DNA of 64,000 nucleotides, taken from IMG/VR virus record IMGVR_UViG_3300028833_000069. The stretch is one strand, 5' to 3'. Every line of letters starts with the position of its first letter. The stretch's first letter is position 1. The stretch comes from a virus. Lineage: Duplodnaviria; Heunggongvirae; Uroviricota; Caudoviricetes. The notes under the pieces are model-generated. The model searched no databases. It was not told the DNA's origin and was given only the letters and a program-made list of their open reading frames with translations. The position numbers and the translations under genes are program-made. Below, piece after piece: positions 8,662-18,287 of the stretch.

Positions 8662-9279
8662 ATGAGAACTATAAGAAATAGTGTATGGGAAACAAATTCA
8701 AGTAGTTCTCACTCAATATCTTTAGGTGATCCTAAAAACATTATAGTTAATACAATACTTGATGAATATGAAGGAGAACCTGATGCTGAATGGTTAGAAT
8801 TACAGGAAGAGTTTGATGAAACCCACATTTTGAAACTAACCAATGTTGAGTTTTATGATGGATATGGAGAAAGTGAAAGAGACTACTTAATAGTAGTTGC
8901 TAAGAGTTTAATTAGTAAACTTCACATACTCTTTGGAATGATTATTTCAAGTATAGATACTTATGATAAACCAGTTGACAAAATGTTATTAGAACCTAGG
9001 GTACAATTGTTTTTTGCATTATGTAAAAAGTATTTACCTAGCTTTTCTAATTTACAAATAGAACTTCATCCTACTAAAGGTAATCCTTTTTATTATAACA
9101 ATAAATGGCTTACTCATTATGGATATTCTACAATTGGTAGTACTATATTAGATCATAAAACAGATGCAGAAATAGAAGAATATTTCACACAAGCTTTAGA
9201 TGAAGATGCAATAGTTATGATGGATTCTCCATATGGAGGTATTACAAACTGGACACATATAAACATAAAGATAATTTAA
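8662..9279 (+). CDS. ETNSSSxHS-motif protein, copy 3
   Basis: N-terminus MRTIRNSVWETNSSSSHSISL. Confidence 0.75.
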   Translation: MRTIRNSVWETNSSSSHSISLGDPKNIIVNTILDEYEGEPDAEWLELQEEFDETHILKLTNVEFYDGYGESERDYLIVVAKSLISKLHILFGMIISSIDTYDKPVDKMLLEPRVQLFFALCKKYLPSFSNLQIELHPTKGNPFYYNNKWLTHYGYSTIGSTILDHKTDAEIEEYFTQALDEDAIVMMDSPYGGITNWTHINIKII

Positions 9280-9280
9280 T

Positions 9281-9739
9281 ATGATGACAACAAAATGGAC
9301 TGATGCTCAAAAAGAGCATTTAAAGGATTTGATTGCAAAGAATCCTAACATGAGTGTTAGAGAGATTGCACTTAAATTTATTGAAGAAGACCCAACAAGA
9401 ACTGTTGAGGCAGTTAAAAGTAAATTCAGAGAGATGCAGAAGCAAGAAAAGGAAACTGCACAAGTAGAGCCTGTTGCTGAAACTCCTGTACCTGAAGAGA
9501 CTCCTGAAGTTCCTGTTGAGAAGATTTCTGAAGAGCCTCAAGCTGAGCAAAAAGTACAAGAACCTACTCCAGAAAATCCTGCTGTAGAGCATCTTACTGA
9601 AGCTGTTGTAGAGCCTACTCATGAAGTACAAGCTCCTGAAGAGACTAAAGAAGAAGTTAAACCTGAAACAACTGAGGTTGTACCAGAAACTCCTAAAGAA
9701 AGTCTTATTACAAGAATTATTAACTGGTTGTTTAAGTAA
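9281..9739 (+). CDS. protein with a Myb/HTH-like N-terminus, Glu/Pro-rich linker and amphipathic C-terminal helix
   Basis: KWTDAQKEHL...RTVEAVKSKF; EPVAETPVPEETPEVP low-complexity tract; ends SLITRIINWLFK. Confidence 0.6.
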   Translation: MMTTKWTDAQKEHLKDLIAKNPNMSVREIALKFIEEDPTRTVEAVKSKFREMQKQEKETAQVEPVAETPVPEETPEVPVEKISEEPQAEQKVQEPTPENPAVEHLTEAVVEPTHEVQAPEETKEEVKPETTEVVPETPKESLITRIINWLFK

Positions 9740-9754
9740 AAAATTTTAAAAATT

Positions 9755-10123
9755 ATGGCAAAATTAAGTCAATCTAATCCTGAGTATTTTAAAAGTCGGG
9801 ATGGTAAGGTAATTACCTGTATTATCAATGCTGGTATCATTGTTCGCAATGAGATGGTATACAGATTCCAAGCAAAGGGTGTAGCTGTTCAGAATTCTAA
9901 TGATTGCTACAATGAGGAACTTGGTAAGAGACTTGCTGAGAGTAGAGCTAAGAGAATGATGTTTAAACAAGCTAGAGCTTTCTTTGATGAGCAAGTAAAG
10001 AAGATGAAAGATATGCTTGGTTTGTATAACGAGCTTGCTACAGCAGCTAGTAAATATAAACAATCACAGAGACATGAGAAAAATCATATCAAGTTTATTC
10101 TTGATAACATCTCTTGTGATTAA
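9755..10123 (+). CDS. hypothetical protein
   Basis: 122-aa ORF followed by a terminator. Confidence 0.75.
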   Translation: MAKLSQSNPEYFKSRDGKVITCIINAGIIVRNEMVYRFQAKGVAVQNSNDCYNEELGKRLAESRAKRMMFKQARAFFDEQVKKMKDMLGLYNELATAASKYKQSQRHEKNHIKFILDNISCD

Positions 10124-10130
10124 CTGGATT

Positions 10131-10157
10131 GGTGGAGCTGATTACTCCACCTTTTCT
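10131..10157 (+). terminator. probable intrinsic terminator
   Basis: GGTGGAG-CTGATTA-CTCCACC 7-bp stem followed by TTTTCT. Confidence 0.6.
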
Positions 10158-10159
10158 CT

Positions 10160-10687
10160 ATGTTAAAAGAATTATTAGAAAACAATAAAACAGTAGTAAT
10201 TTCAGGAGAAATAACTCCTGAACTTGCAGTACAAACTGTTTTAAAACTAGTACAACTACATAATGATTTACCTATTGAAGAAAAAATAACTTTATTTATA
10301 TTTAGTGTAGGAGGTGACTGTGATGGTGCATTTTCTATAATAGATTGTATAGAGCAAATTAAATCAGAAGGAAGAATAGTTAGAACATATTGTACTGGTA
10401 GAATAAGTAGTATGGCTGTATATGTTACAATGTCTTGTACAAAAGGAGAAAGATTTGCTACTAATAAAACAATCTTTATGGTACATGACATCAATTGTTG
10501 TGTAGAAGGTTCATCTATTTATATTAAAAGCAAAATAGCAGATTTAGAAATAACAAATAATCATATTAACAATTTAATATCAAATTACTCTTCAAAGAAA
10601 CTATTGGAACTTATTGAAACTAATAAAGATGTTTTCTTCACAGCAGAAGAAGCTCTTAATTTAGGAATCATAGACAGTATTTTATAA
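10160..10687 (+). CDS. ClpP-like serine protease
   Basis: LFIFSVGGD, ISSMA (Ser), MVHD (His), DVFFTAEEALNLGIID. Confidence 0.85.
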   Translation: MLKELLENNKTVVISGEITPELAVQTVLKLVQLHNDLPIEEKITLFIFSVGGDCDGAFSIIDCIEQIKSEGRIVRTYCTGRISSMAVYVTMSCTKGERFATNKTIFMVHDINCCVEGSSIYIKSKIADLEITNNHINNLISNYSSKKLLELIETNKDVFFTAEEALNLGIIDSIL

Positions 10688-10717
10688 ATTACTCATAGCA
10701 TATAAACAAAAACAATT

Positions 10718-10906
10718 ATGCCTATAAGTAATGATTACTTTGAATGTGAAGTGTATGATGAGAAAAATGTATTGATTGACACTGCAAATTTCAACAGAAA
10801 AACAAAAGCTGAATATCTCAAAGAACATCCAACTCATAGGATTCTAGTAGTAGAGAAATTTAAGCATGAACAGAGAGACAGCTTTAGTGATTTGTTTGGA
10901 GTGTAA
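10718..10906 (+). CDS. small hypothetical protein
   Basis: 62-aa ORF with an A-rich upstream context. Confidence 0.55.
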   Translation: MPISNDYFECEVYDEKNVLIDTANFNRKTKAEYLKEHPTHRILVVEKFKHEQRDSFSDLFGV

Positions 10907-11159
10907 TTGCGGCATTTATTCAAAATATGTTTTTCAAAATACAAACACTGGTGAGTTGTTGATGGTTACTAAAAATCCTCATTGGGATGATATAGTAATT
11001 AGAAGGGGCACTAAAGGCTATCTTACATTTGAAGAAGTGCTTGCTGGTCAACCCTTTTACAACTCAAGATTAGACAAAGAAGAGAAATACAAACATGACA
11101 ATATTTTCTATATAGATTTTGTAATTGTTAAAGAAAAGTTAGATGAAATTAGATTATGA
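10866..11159 (+). CDS. hypothetical protein
   Basis: 97-aa ORF, ATGA overlap with the next gene. Confidence 0.65.
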   Translation: MNRETALVICLECNCGIYSKYVFQNTNTGELLMVTKNPHWDDIVIRRGTKGYLTFEEVLAGQPFYNSRLDKEEKYKHDNIFYIDFVIVKEKLDEIRL

Positions 11160-11995
11160 TAAATGATTTTAGCTCTTATATATGGAGACTAGAAAGGCCT
11201 ACTGGTAATAGAAGCGAGAAACAAAATACCATTAGAATGATTGATATGAATCAAGAGCAAATGCTCAAAGCATATCAACATTGTAAAGATATGTTGTTTA
11301 ATGATTCTAGAAAAAATCCTGGTAGGGTTCTAGTTTTAGAGCAACTCAAAAATCAGCTTGCAAAGTGTAATGCTGAGGGATTGAGAAGATGGTATCTTGA
11401 ATTAGAAGATGAGAATGGGCAGAAGCAATTCACCAATTCTACTCTTTTAGCAGATATTAGAACATATCCTTATCTTAAAGAAGTACAACTTAAAGAAGGT
11501 GAGGAACTTCTTGTATCCCATTTTGTTAGTGTTCCAGCAGACTTCAAAAATGTATCAATTGAAGATCTTAAGTTAGCTTGTTTATATCATCTTGGTAATT
11601 TTGATCATTCCCATTTGACCTTTACTTTCTTATTTAACATGGGTGTGTGGTATACATATGATGATGAGCAAAGGTTAGAAGAACAAGTAGGTAAGAATGA
11701 TAAAGCTAAACTTGAGAGAGTTAAAGAGTGGATTGGATTAGATCCAAATACACCTCTTAAATTTTCTTCTTCAGGACTTAGTGTGACTCAGTTAACTGAA
11801 ATGTTTGAATTGAAGAAGAAGAGATACCCTGCTTATTACATGATGAATACTGTGCAATTAACAACTTTAAGAACAAAAGTATTAGATTTGTTAATTGATA
11901 CTGTAGAAAAACATGCAAAAGTATGGAAACTTCTGATGAAACAAATTGAAGAAGTTGCCCAATATAAGGGTTATGATTTACAAACTGGACAATGA
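11156..11995 (+). CDS. hypothetical protein preceding the DNA polymerase
   Basis: 279-aa ORF, ATGA-coupled on both sides. Confidence 0.8.
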   Translation: MINDFSSYIWRLERPTGNRSEKQNTIRMIDMNQEQMLKAYQHCKDMLFNDSRKNPGRVLVLEQLKNQLAKCNAEGLRRWYLELEDENGQKQFTNSTLLADIRTYPYLKEVQLKEGEELLVSHFVSVPADFKNVSIEDLKLACLYHLGNFDHSHLTFTFLFNMGVWYTYDDEQRLEEQVGKNDKAKLERVKEWIGLDPNTPLKFSSSGLSVTQLTEMFELKKKRYPAYYMMNTVQLTTLRTKVLDLLIDTVEKHAKVWKLLMKQIEEVAQYKGYDLQTGQ

Positions 11996-14073
11996 TAATA
12001 AGAGAAAAGCCTGTAGCAGTATATGATATTGAGGTCTTTTCTAATTGTTTTCATTGTGTAGTCAAAGATACTGAAACTGGAGAACTATTTAAGTTTGAAA
12101 TATCTGAAAGAAAAAATCAGTTAAAAGAACTTGTTAGATTTTTCTGGAATTGTAAATATCTTATATGTGGATATAACTGTATTCACTATGATAATCCTAT
12201 CATAAATTATATACTTGACTATAGAGCAGCAATGTCTAAGTTAAGTTATGATAAGATTTGCAAAAGTTTATTTAATCTAAGTAACACCATTATTGGTACA
12301 GATGACTTTGAGTCTTGGAAAAAATGGAAATATGCAAAAAACTTTGAAACTCTTGATCTATTAACTATGCTCTTTTCACAAAAGTTAAGAGTAGGGTTAA
12401 AAGAAATGCAGGTAACAATGCAGTACAGAAATGTACAAGAGTATTCAGGTGACTTTAGGAAACCAATTCCTGTTACAGATATTGATGATATGATTCAGTA
12501 TAACATAAATGATGTGTTAAGTACTGAAGAACTTCTCTATAGATGTAAAGCTGCTATAGAACTTAGACTTGGTATTCAAGAAGAATATGGAGTTGATGTT
12601 CTTAGCAAGGATGGTATGTCAATTGGTATGGAAATTCTAAAAGTCAAGTATCTAGAAAAGACTGGAAAGTCTTGGAATGATATAAAAGATTTAAGAAGTC
12701 CATGTGATATAATTGACTTAAATAAAGTAATATTTCCAGTTATTAACTTCAATACACCTGTTTTACAACAATTATTACAAGAGATGAAATCTCTGCAAGT
12801 AAGTCCTGGAAGAAAAGGTTATGAAAAACATTTCTTATTACAGGATGTAGAGGTTGTTGTAGGTGTTGGTGGAATTCATACAAAGAACAAACCAGAAGTT
12901 ATTATTCCAGATGAAAATCAAGATTTACTGGATAGTGATGTTAATTCATTGTATCCTTCTTTAGTTATTAGTTATGGTCTTGTTCCTCCTCATTTAGGAG
13001 AAGCATTTCTTGAAATATATGGGGATGTTAGAACAGAGAGACTATATGCTAAACAAACTGGTCAAAAGATTAAGAATGAAACTTTAAAGTTAAGTTTGAA
13101 TGGATTGACTGGTAATCTTCAAAATGAGTATAGTTGGGTATATTCTCCTGAAACAGTAATGAAAATCAGGATAAATGGTCAGCTATTCCTTTTAATGCTT
13201 GCTGAGAGACTTATTGCAATCGGAGCTAAAATTATTCAGCTTAATACTGATGGTGTGCTTTATCTTATTGATAAAAGTAAGAGACCTCTTCTGGATAAAG
13301 TGCTTAAAGGTTGGGAAGAAATAACTAAACTTACACTTGAAACAGAAGAGTTTGAAGCATTTTATCAGTATGCAATAAATGATTACCTTGGAGTTACTAA
13401 AGGATATGCTCAAAAGAAGAAAGAATTTGCAGAAGGAAAAGCCTTTAATAAAAAAGGTATACAGTATACATCACTTTCTCAGATAAAAGATGACTTCTTA
13501 AAGAAGAAGGGTCTTTTTATTGATACTGTCACTCTTGGTAAAGGTATGCAACCAATGATTATTCCAAAGGCTATAAATGATTATTTAGCAGATGGTATAC
13601 CTGTAAGAGATACAATAACAGAAAGTAGAAATTTAAATGATTTCATAACTTATCAAAAAGTAGATAAGAAATTCTCAGTAGAATATAATGGAGATCTCAT
13701 TAGTAGAATCAACAGATATTATGTTTCTACAAAAGGATATTATCTATATAAATGTGTGGTAAATACAGTTTATGTCGATGAGGAATATGCTGAAGTTGAA
13801 GTAAAAGGCACTGGAAGAAGAATGGAAATACCAGTAAGAGTACTTAATGAAGAACCACATGATAATCTTCATATAATCAAGTATTTTTACAAAGGTACTC
13901 CTAAACAGAAAAGATCTGATTATTCTAGTATGTTGTCAGCTTCTGGTGTAAGAATTGTTAACAATTTTGATGATATAGCAGAATTCCCAAATGACATTAA
14001 CTATAATTACTACATAAATGAAGTTAATAAAATCTTAGCTCCATTTTCTGTTAGACAGTTATCATTGTTTTGA
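11992..14073 (+). CDS. DNA polymerase, family B (crAss type)
   Basis: Exonuclease motifs YDIEV, GYNCIHYD, YNINDV; polymerase motifs DVNSLYPS, KLSLNGLTG, NTDG. Confidence 0.93.
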   Translation: MIIREKPVAVYDIEVFSNCFHCVVKDTETGELFKFEISERKNQLKELVRFFWNCKYLICGYNCIHYDNPIINYILDYRAAMSKLSYDKICKSLFNLSNTIIGTDDFESWKKWKYAKNFETLDLLTMLFSQKLRVGLKEMQVTMQYRNVQEYSGDFRKPIPVTDIDDMIQYNINDVLSTEELLYRCKAAIELRLGIQEEYGVDVLSKDGMSIGMEILKVKYLEKTGKSWNDIKDLRSPCDIIDLNKVIFPVINFNTPVLQQLLQEMKSLQVSPGRKGYEKHFLLQDVEVVVGVGGIHTKNKPEVIIPDENQDLLDSDVNSLYPSLVISYGLVPPHLGEAFLEIYGDVRTERLYAKQTGQKIKNETLKLSLNGLTGNLQNEYSWVYSPETVMKIRINGQLFLLMLAERLIAIGAKIIQLNTDGVLYLIDKSKRPLLDKVLKGWEEITKLTLETEEFEAFYQYAINDYLGVTKGYAQKKKEFAEGKAFNKKGIQYTSLSQIKDDFLKKKGLFIDTVTLGKGMQPMIIPKAINDYLADGIPVRDTITESRNLNDFITYQKVDKKFSVEYNGDLISRINRYYVSTKGYYLYKCVVNTVYVDEEYAEVEVKGTGRRMEIPVRVLNEEPHDNLHIIKYFYKGTPKQKRSDYSSMLSASGVRIVNNFDDIAEFPNDINYNYYINEVNKILAPFSVRQLSLF

Positions 14074-14082
14074 TATACTGTA

Positions 14083-14517
14083 ATGGAAGTTAAATATACT
14101 GAAATAAAATTTAGTAGTGTAGAAGATTTACTTGCTTATCAAAGAGCAAATTCTGCACACCAAGGACAAGAAATGTTTACTGTAACATCTTCAAGTCCTG
14201 AGGTAAGACCTCAAATACCTGCAACAAGAGTTGTAGAAGCTAAGCCTAGAGTAATAGGCAACTGTGAAAATATTAGCTGGACTTTAGGAGCTCTTAGAGC
14301 TGCTTTAGTTGGTAAAAGAATCACTTGGAACCATTGGAACAATGGAATTTACCAGGATAAAACTGGTATTGTGGATGCTGTTGGTCCTTGTATAGATGGT
14401 AACAGTGGTTGGTTTGGAGATACTTCTGTTTCTATTAAATTTAGAGGTGCTGGCAAACCTATTCCTCTGTATAAGCATGAATTAAAAAGAGCTAGAATAG
14501 AGGATGCAGTGGGTTGA
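14083..14517 (+). CDS. hypothetical protein
   Basis: 144-aa ORF overlapping thyX. Confidence 0.7.
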   Translation: MEVKYTEIKFSSVEDLLAYQRANSAHQGQEMFTVTSSSPEVRPQIPATRVVEAKPRVIGNCENISWTLGALRAALVGKRITWNHWNNGIYQDKTGIVDAVGPCIDGNSGWFGDTSVSIKFRGAGKPIPLYKHELKRARIEDAVG

Positions 14518-15385
14518 TTCTTCATATCAGTTAATTAAGCCTGAATGGGGAGTAGAAGAAATGTTTAAAAACATTGAAAGAGCTGGAAGAATCTGTTATG
14601 CAAGTGAACCAAAAGAAGGTATAACTGCAAGACAATTTACTGAAAGGCTTATTAAATCTAACCATCTCAGCCCACTTGAATTTGGAATCTGTTATTTACA
14701 TTATTGGTGTAAAAAACCAGCTAATGCTGAACCAACAGATTCTATATGGGATACTTACAATATTCTTACTGCAAGATATAAAAATAATAAGTACTCTACC
14801 TTCCATGCATATGAGGGTAAAACTTTTTTACAAATTGATATAACTACTAATTACAGAGTACTTGTAGAAAATGGTTGGACTGATGATTTACAATATATGT
14901 CAGAGCCAACTAAGAATCATAGTATTTACTATACTGTAATTTTTACATGTAGTGAAGGAGTTGCAAGAGAATTTTGTAGACATAGACTTAGTGCTCATGC
15001 ACAACAGTCAACAAGATATTGTAATTTCTCAAAAGACAAATTTGGTAATGAAATAACATTTATAAATCCAGAATGGTTTAAGAAACCTGGTATGGCTGCT
15101 GCAAGAAATGCTCTTAAAGGCAAATGTGCTGAATTGGAGTATTTATATATGGACATGATTGGTAGAAATATGCTTCCACAAGAAGCAAGAGAAATTTTAC
15201 CATTATGTACCAAGACAGTTACAGCTATGTGTACTTCTTTCAATGATTGGAATCACTTCTTTGAATTAAGAGCACTTGGTTCAACTGGAGCACCACATCC
15301 AGATGCTAAAGCATTAGCAATGCCATTGATGGAAGAAATGACTGCTATGCATTCCCAAATTTGGGATCAGATAACAATGATTTGA
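14504..15385 (+). CDS. thyX: FAD-dependent thymidylate synthase
   Basis: RHRLSAHAQQSTRY signature; HLSPLEF; EAREILP; WNHFFELR. Confidence 0.92.
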   Translation: MQWVDSSYQLIKPEWGVEEMFKNIERAGRICYASEPKEGITARQFTERLIKSNHLSPLEFGICYLHYWCKKPANAEPTDSIWDTYNILTARYKNNKYSTFHAYEGKTFLQIDITTNYRVLVENGWTDDLQYMSEPTKNHSIYYTVIFTCSEGVAREFCRHRLSAHAQQSTRYCNFSKDKFGNEITFINPEWFKKPGMAAARNALKGKCAELEYLYMDMIGRNMLPQEAREILPLCTKTVTAMCTSFNDWNHFFELRALGSTGAPHPDAKALAMPLMEEMTAMHSQIWDQITMI

Positions 15386-15386
15386 A

Positions 15387-16613
15387 ATGACTAGAACTGA
15401 AAGGCAAATGCTTGGATTACAAAGATGGGCAGATGCTAATTTCAGGGGAACTCTTTGCTATGGTGTAGGTGTTGGTAAAACAAGAACAGCACTTACAGCA
15501 ATAAAGAAATTTCTAGAAAAAAATCCTGATGGAAAAGTTGTAGTTGTAGTACCAACTAAAGTACTTAAAGACCAATGGAAAAAAGCTGGAGCAGAAATGG
15601 ATTTAACTTTAAATATAAAGATAATCAATACTGCTGCTAAAAAAGCTTTTGCTTGTGACTTTCTAGTAATAGATGAGTTACACCATTGTTCTAGTGCTGA
15701 ATATAGAAAGGTATTTACAAAGTGTAATCCTAGATTTATTTTAGGACTTACAGCAACTTATGAAAGAATGGATGGACTAGAGAAGGAAGTAACTGATAGA
15801 TATTGTCCTGTTTGTGATGTAATAACTTTTAAAGAAGCAGAAGAAAATGGCTGGGTATCTCCTTGTAGAGTATATAAAGTTGTTTTAGATGTTGATTTAA
15901 AAGAGTATGAAGCTGCAAATAGACAATTTATGAGTTGCTTCTCTATGTTTGGATATGATTTTTCTTTGGCAATGAGTTTGGTCTCTGATTGGAGAAACCA
16001 AATTACATATGCACATGATAATAACCTTGAATTAAAGGAAGTTAGACAATGTACATATGGGTTCAATCATGCCCTCCAGTTCAGAAAGTCTTTTATAGCA
16101 AATCATCCACATAAGATTGAGGTTGCAAAACAGATACTTGCTGCTAGACCTCAAGCAAAAGCAATTACTTTCAATGGAAGTATTGCACAGTGCCAAGCAT
16201 ATGGTACTGGTGTTGTTGTTCATTCTAACAACACTAAAAAACAGAATGAAGAACTCATTAAGCAATTTAGTGAGTCAACAGGAGGTGCTGTGATACACAG
16301 TGCTAAAATGTTGGATGAAGGGTTCAATGTAGAAGCAGCTGATTTAGCAATTATAACTGGATTTAACTCTAGTAAACATACTGCTACTCAAAGAAAAGGT
16401 AGGGTATCTAGAGCATATGAAGGTAAGATAGCTGAAGTTTATTGGTTAGTATTGAAAAATACTGTAGAAGATAAATGGTGGCAAAATGCTAATGAAGGTG
16501 TAGAATACTATGAACTTAATGAGGAAGAATTACAGCAAGTACTGAGCAATCCTCAATCTATACAAAAAACTCTAAAAGTGCAAAGTAAAGTTAGGCATAA
16601 TTTTAGTGCATAA
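15387..16613 (+). CDS. superfamily 2 helicase
   Basis: GVGKT, IDELH, LGLTAT, LDEGFN, QRKGRVSR. Confidence 0.9.
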   Translation: MTRTERQMLGLQRWADANFRGTLCYGVGVGKTRTALTAIKKFLEKNPDGKVVVVVPTKVLKDQWKKAGAEMDLTLNIKIINTAAKKAFACDFLVIDELHHCSSAEYRKVFTKCNPRFILGLTATYERMDGLEKEVTDRYCPVCDVITFKEAEENGWVSPCRVYKVVLDVDLKEYEAANRQFMSCFSMFGYDFSLAMSLVSDWRNQITYAHDNNLELKEVRQCTYGFNHALQFRKSFIANHPHKIEVAKQILAARPQAKAITFNGSIAQCQAYGTGVVVHSNNTKKQNEELIKQFSESTGGAVIHSAKMLDEGFNVEAADLAIITGFNSSKHTATQRKGRVSRAYEGKIAEVYWLVLKNTVEDKWWQNANEGVEYYELNEEELQQVLSNPQSIQKTLKVQSKVRHNFSA

Positions 16614-16624
16614 CTCTATTAAAT

Positions 16625-17245
16625 ATGGCATATTTTGATTTAAGTGTAGATAGAGAAATTGATTTCATGCTTGCATATGGGCTTACAGCAGATGAACTAT
16701 TTGTTATAAAGCTCATATTTTATGCACAAGATGGACATGATGAGTATATAAAAAGATACTTTAATGAATGTCATCTTACACTTGACTTAGTAGATATACT
16801 ACAAAGTCTACAGGATAAAGGTATAATCCTGAAATCCTATAAAATTCCTGCAAAAAACGCTGTATTTAATCCAGTAGATGTTGAATTTGGACAATTGTTC
16901 AAAAGAAACTTTAATATGCACTCCTGGGATATGGGTATGGATATATTTAATATGTATCCTACTTTCCTAGGTTCTGATGGAAATAGATATTCTGCAAAGA
17001 ATATTGCTAAACACTTTAAGAGTATGGATGATTTTTGCTTTGCCTATGGTAAAAGTATAAAATTTAATCCAGAAGTGCATCAGAAAGTACTGGATATTTT
17101 GCAGTGGGCAATAGAGAATAATGAAATTTCTTATGGTATCTGTGAATTTGTAATCTCTATGAAATGGAGAGAACTTGAACAGATAAGAGATGCAAAAGAA
17201 GACATTGAAGAAACCTTTGATTATAATCCCTTTAAAGTTATATGA
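16625..17245 (+). CDS. hypothetical protein (possible replication initiator or helicase loader)
   Basis: ATGA-coupled to the DnaB-like helicase; function inferred from position only. Confidence 0.55.
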   Translation: MAYFDLSVDREIDFMLAYGLTADELFVIKLIFYAQDGHDEYIKRYFNECHLTLDLVDILQSLQDKGIILKSYKIPAKNAVFNPVDVEFGQLFKRNFNMHSWDMGMDIFNMYPTFLGSDGNRYSAKNIAKHFKSMDDFCFAYGKSIKFNPEVHQKVLDILQWAIENNEISYGICEFVISMKWRELEQIRDAKEDIEETFDYNPFKVI

Positions 17246-18285
17246 TAGAAGAACTATTTAATAGCATTAGAAGGGGTAAAGAAGGTTTGAACATAGGTTT
17301 GCCATCAGGTTTACCAAAACTTGATAAATATACTTATGGAATACAAAGAGGATGGCTTACTTTGTTTGGTGGTGATTCTGGTAGTGGTAAAACTACTTTG
17401 ATGCTATATACAAATGTATATACCCCATTTATGCACTATCTTAAAAATAAAGATAAAGATAATAGTTTAGATGTTAACTTCTTATTATTCTCTTTTGAGA
17501 TGAGTAAAGAAGTACTTCTTGCTAAATTACTTTCTCTTTATATTCATGAAACATATCATAAAGTAATTTCTTATTCTACAATTCTATCTCTAAATGAACC
17601 TATTTCTGATGAAGATTTACAATATGTAGAAGCTTCAAAGAATTGGTTAATAGAACTAGAGAAAAAATGTACAATAATTGAGAAACAATTAACTGCACAA
17701 CAAATTGGTGTAGCTTTCAAATCATGGAGTGAAAGATTTGGTAAGTATGAAACAGATGGTATAAATACAACATATATACCTAATAATCCTAAACAGTTTT
17801 TAGTAGCTGTTGTAGACCATGTTAAATTACTTGCTAAATCTGCTGGACATACTGATAAACAAGAGATAGATGAACTATCTCAAGTTGTAATGGAAGCTAA
17901 AAATTTAACCAAGTCCTCTTGGGCACTTGTTCAACAGTTAAATAGAAATTTCAAAAGTATTGAAAGAAGGAAAAGTCAATGGAATTTAGTTTCAATGGAA
18001 GACTTTTCTGATACCTCTAGTACAGCACAAGCAGCAGAGATTGTGGTAGCTATTTACCATCCAGCAAGGGAAAGAAATCTCAGATGCTGTGGATATGATT
18101 TCTCACAACTTGGAGATAATGCTGATAGAGCTAGAATGCTTTTACTGCTAAAGCAAAGATTTGGTATTGCTGATGTGGCAATGGGTACTGCTTTCTATGG
18201 GGAGACTGGATTATGGAAACAACTTCCATCTCCATCTGAACTGCAAGAACATCCAGAGTTATATGAACAATATAAAAATTTATAA
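17242..18285 (+). CDS. DnaB-like replicative helicase
   Basis: GGDSGSGKT, FSFEM, VVDH, QQLNR, KQRFG. Confidence 0.88.
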   Translation: MIEELFNSIRRGKEGLNIGLPSGLPKLDKYTYGIQRGWLTLFGGDSGSGKTTLMLYTNVYTPFMHYLKNKDKDNSLDVNFLLFSFEMSKEVLLAKLLSLYIHETYHKVISYSTILSLNEPISDEDLQYVEASKNWLIELEKKCTIIEKQLTAQQIGVAFKSWSERFGKYETDGINTTYIPNNPKQFLVAVVDHVKLLAKSAGHTDKQEIDELSQVVMEAKNLTKSSWALVQQLNRNFKSIERRKSQWNLVSMEDFSDTSSTAQAAEIVVAIYHPARERNLRCCGYDFSQLGDNADRARMLLLLKQRFGIADVAMGTAFYGETGLWKQLPSPSELQEHPELYEQYKNL

Positions 18286-18287
18286 TA

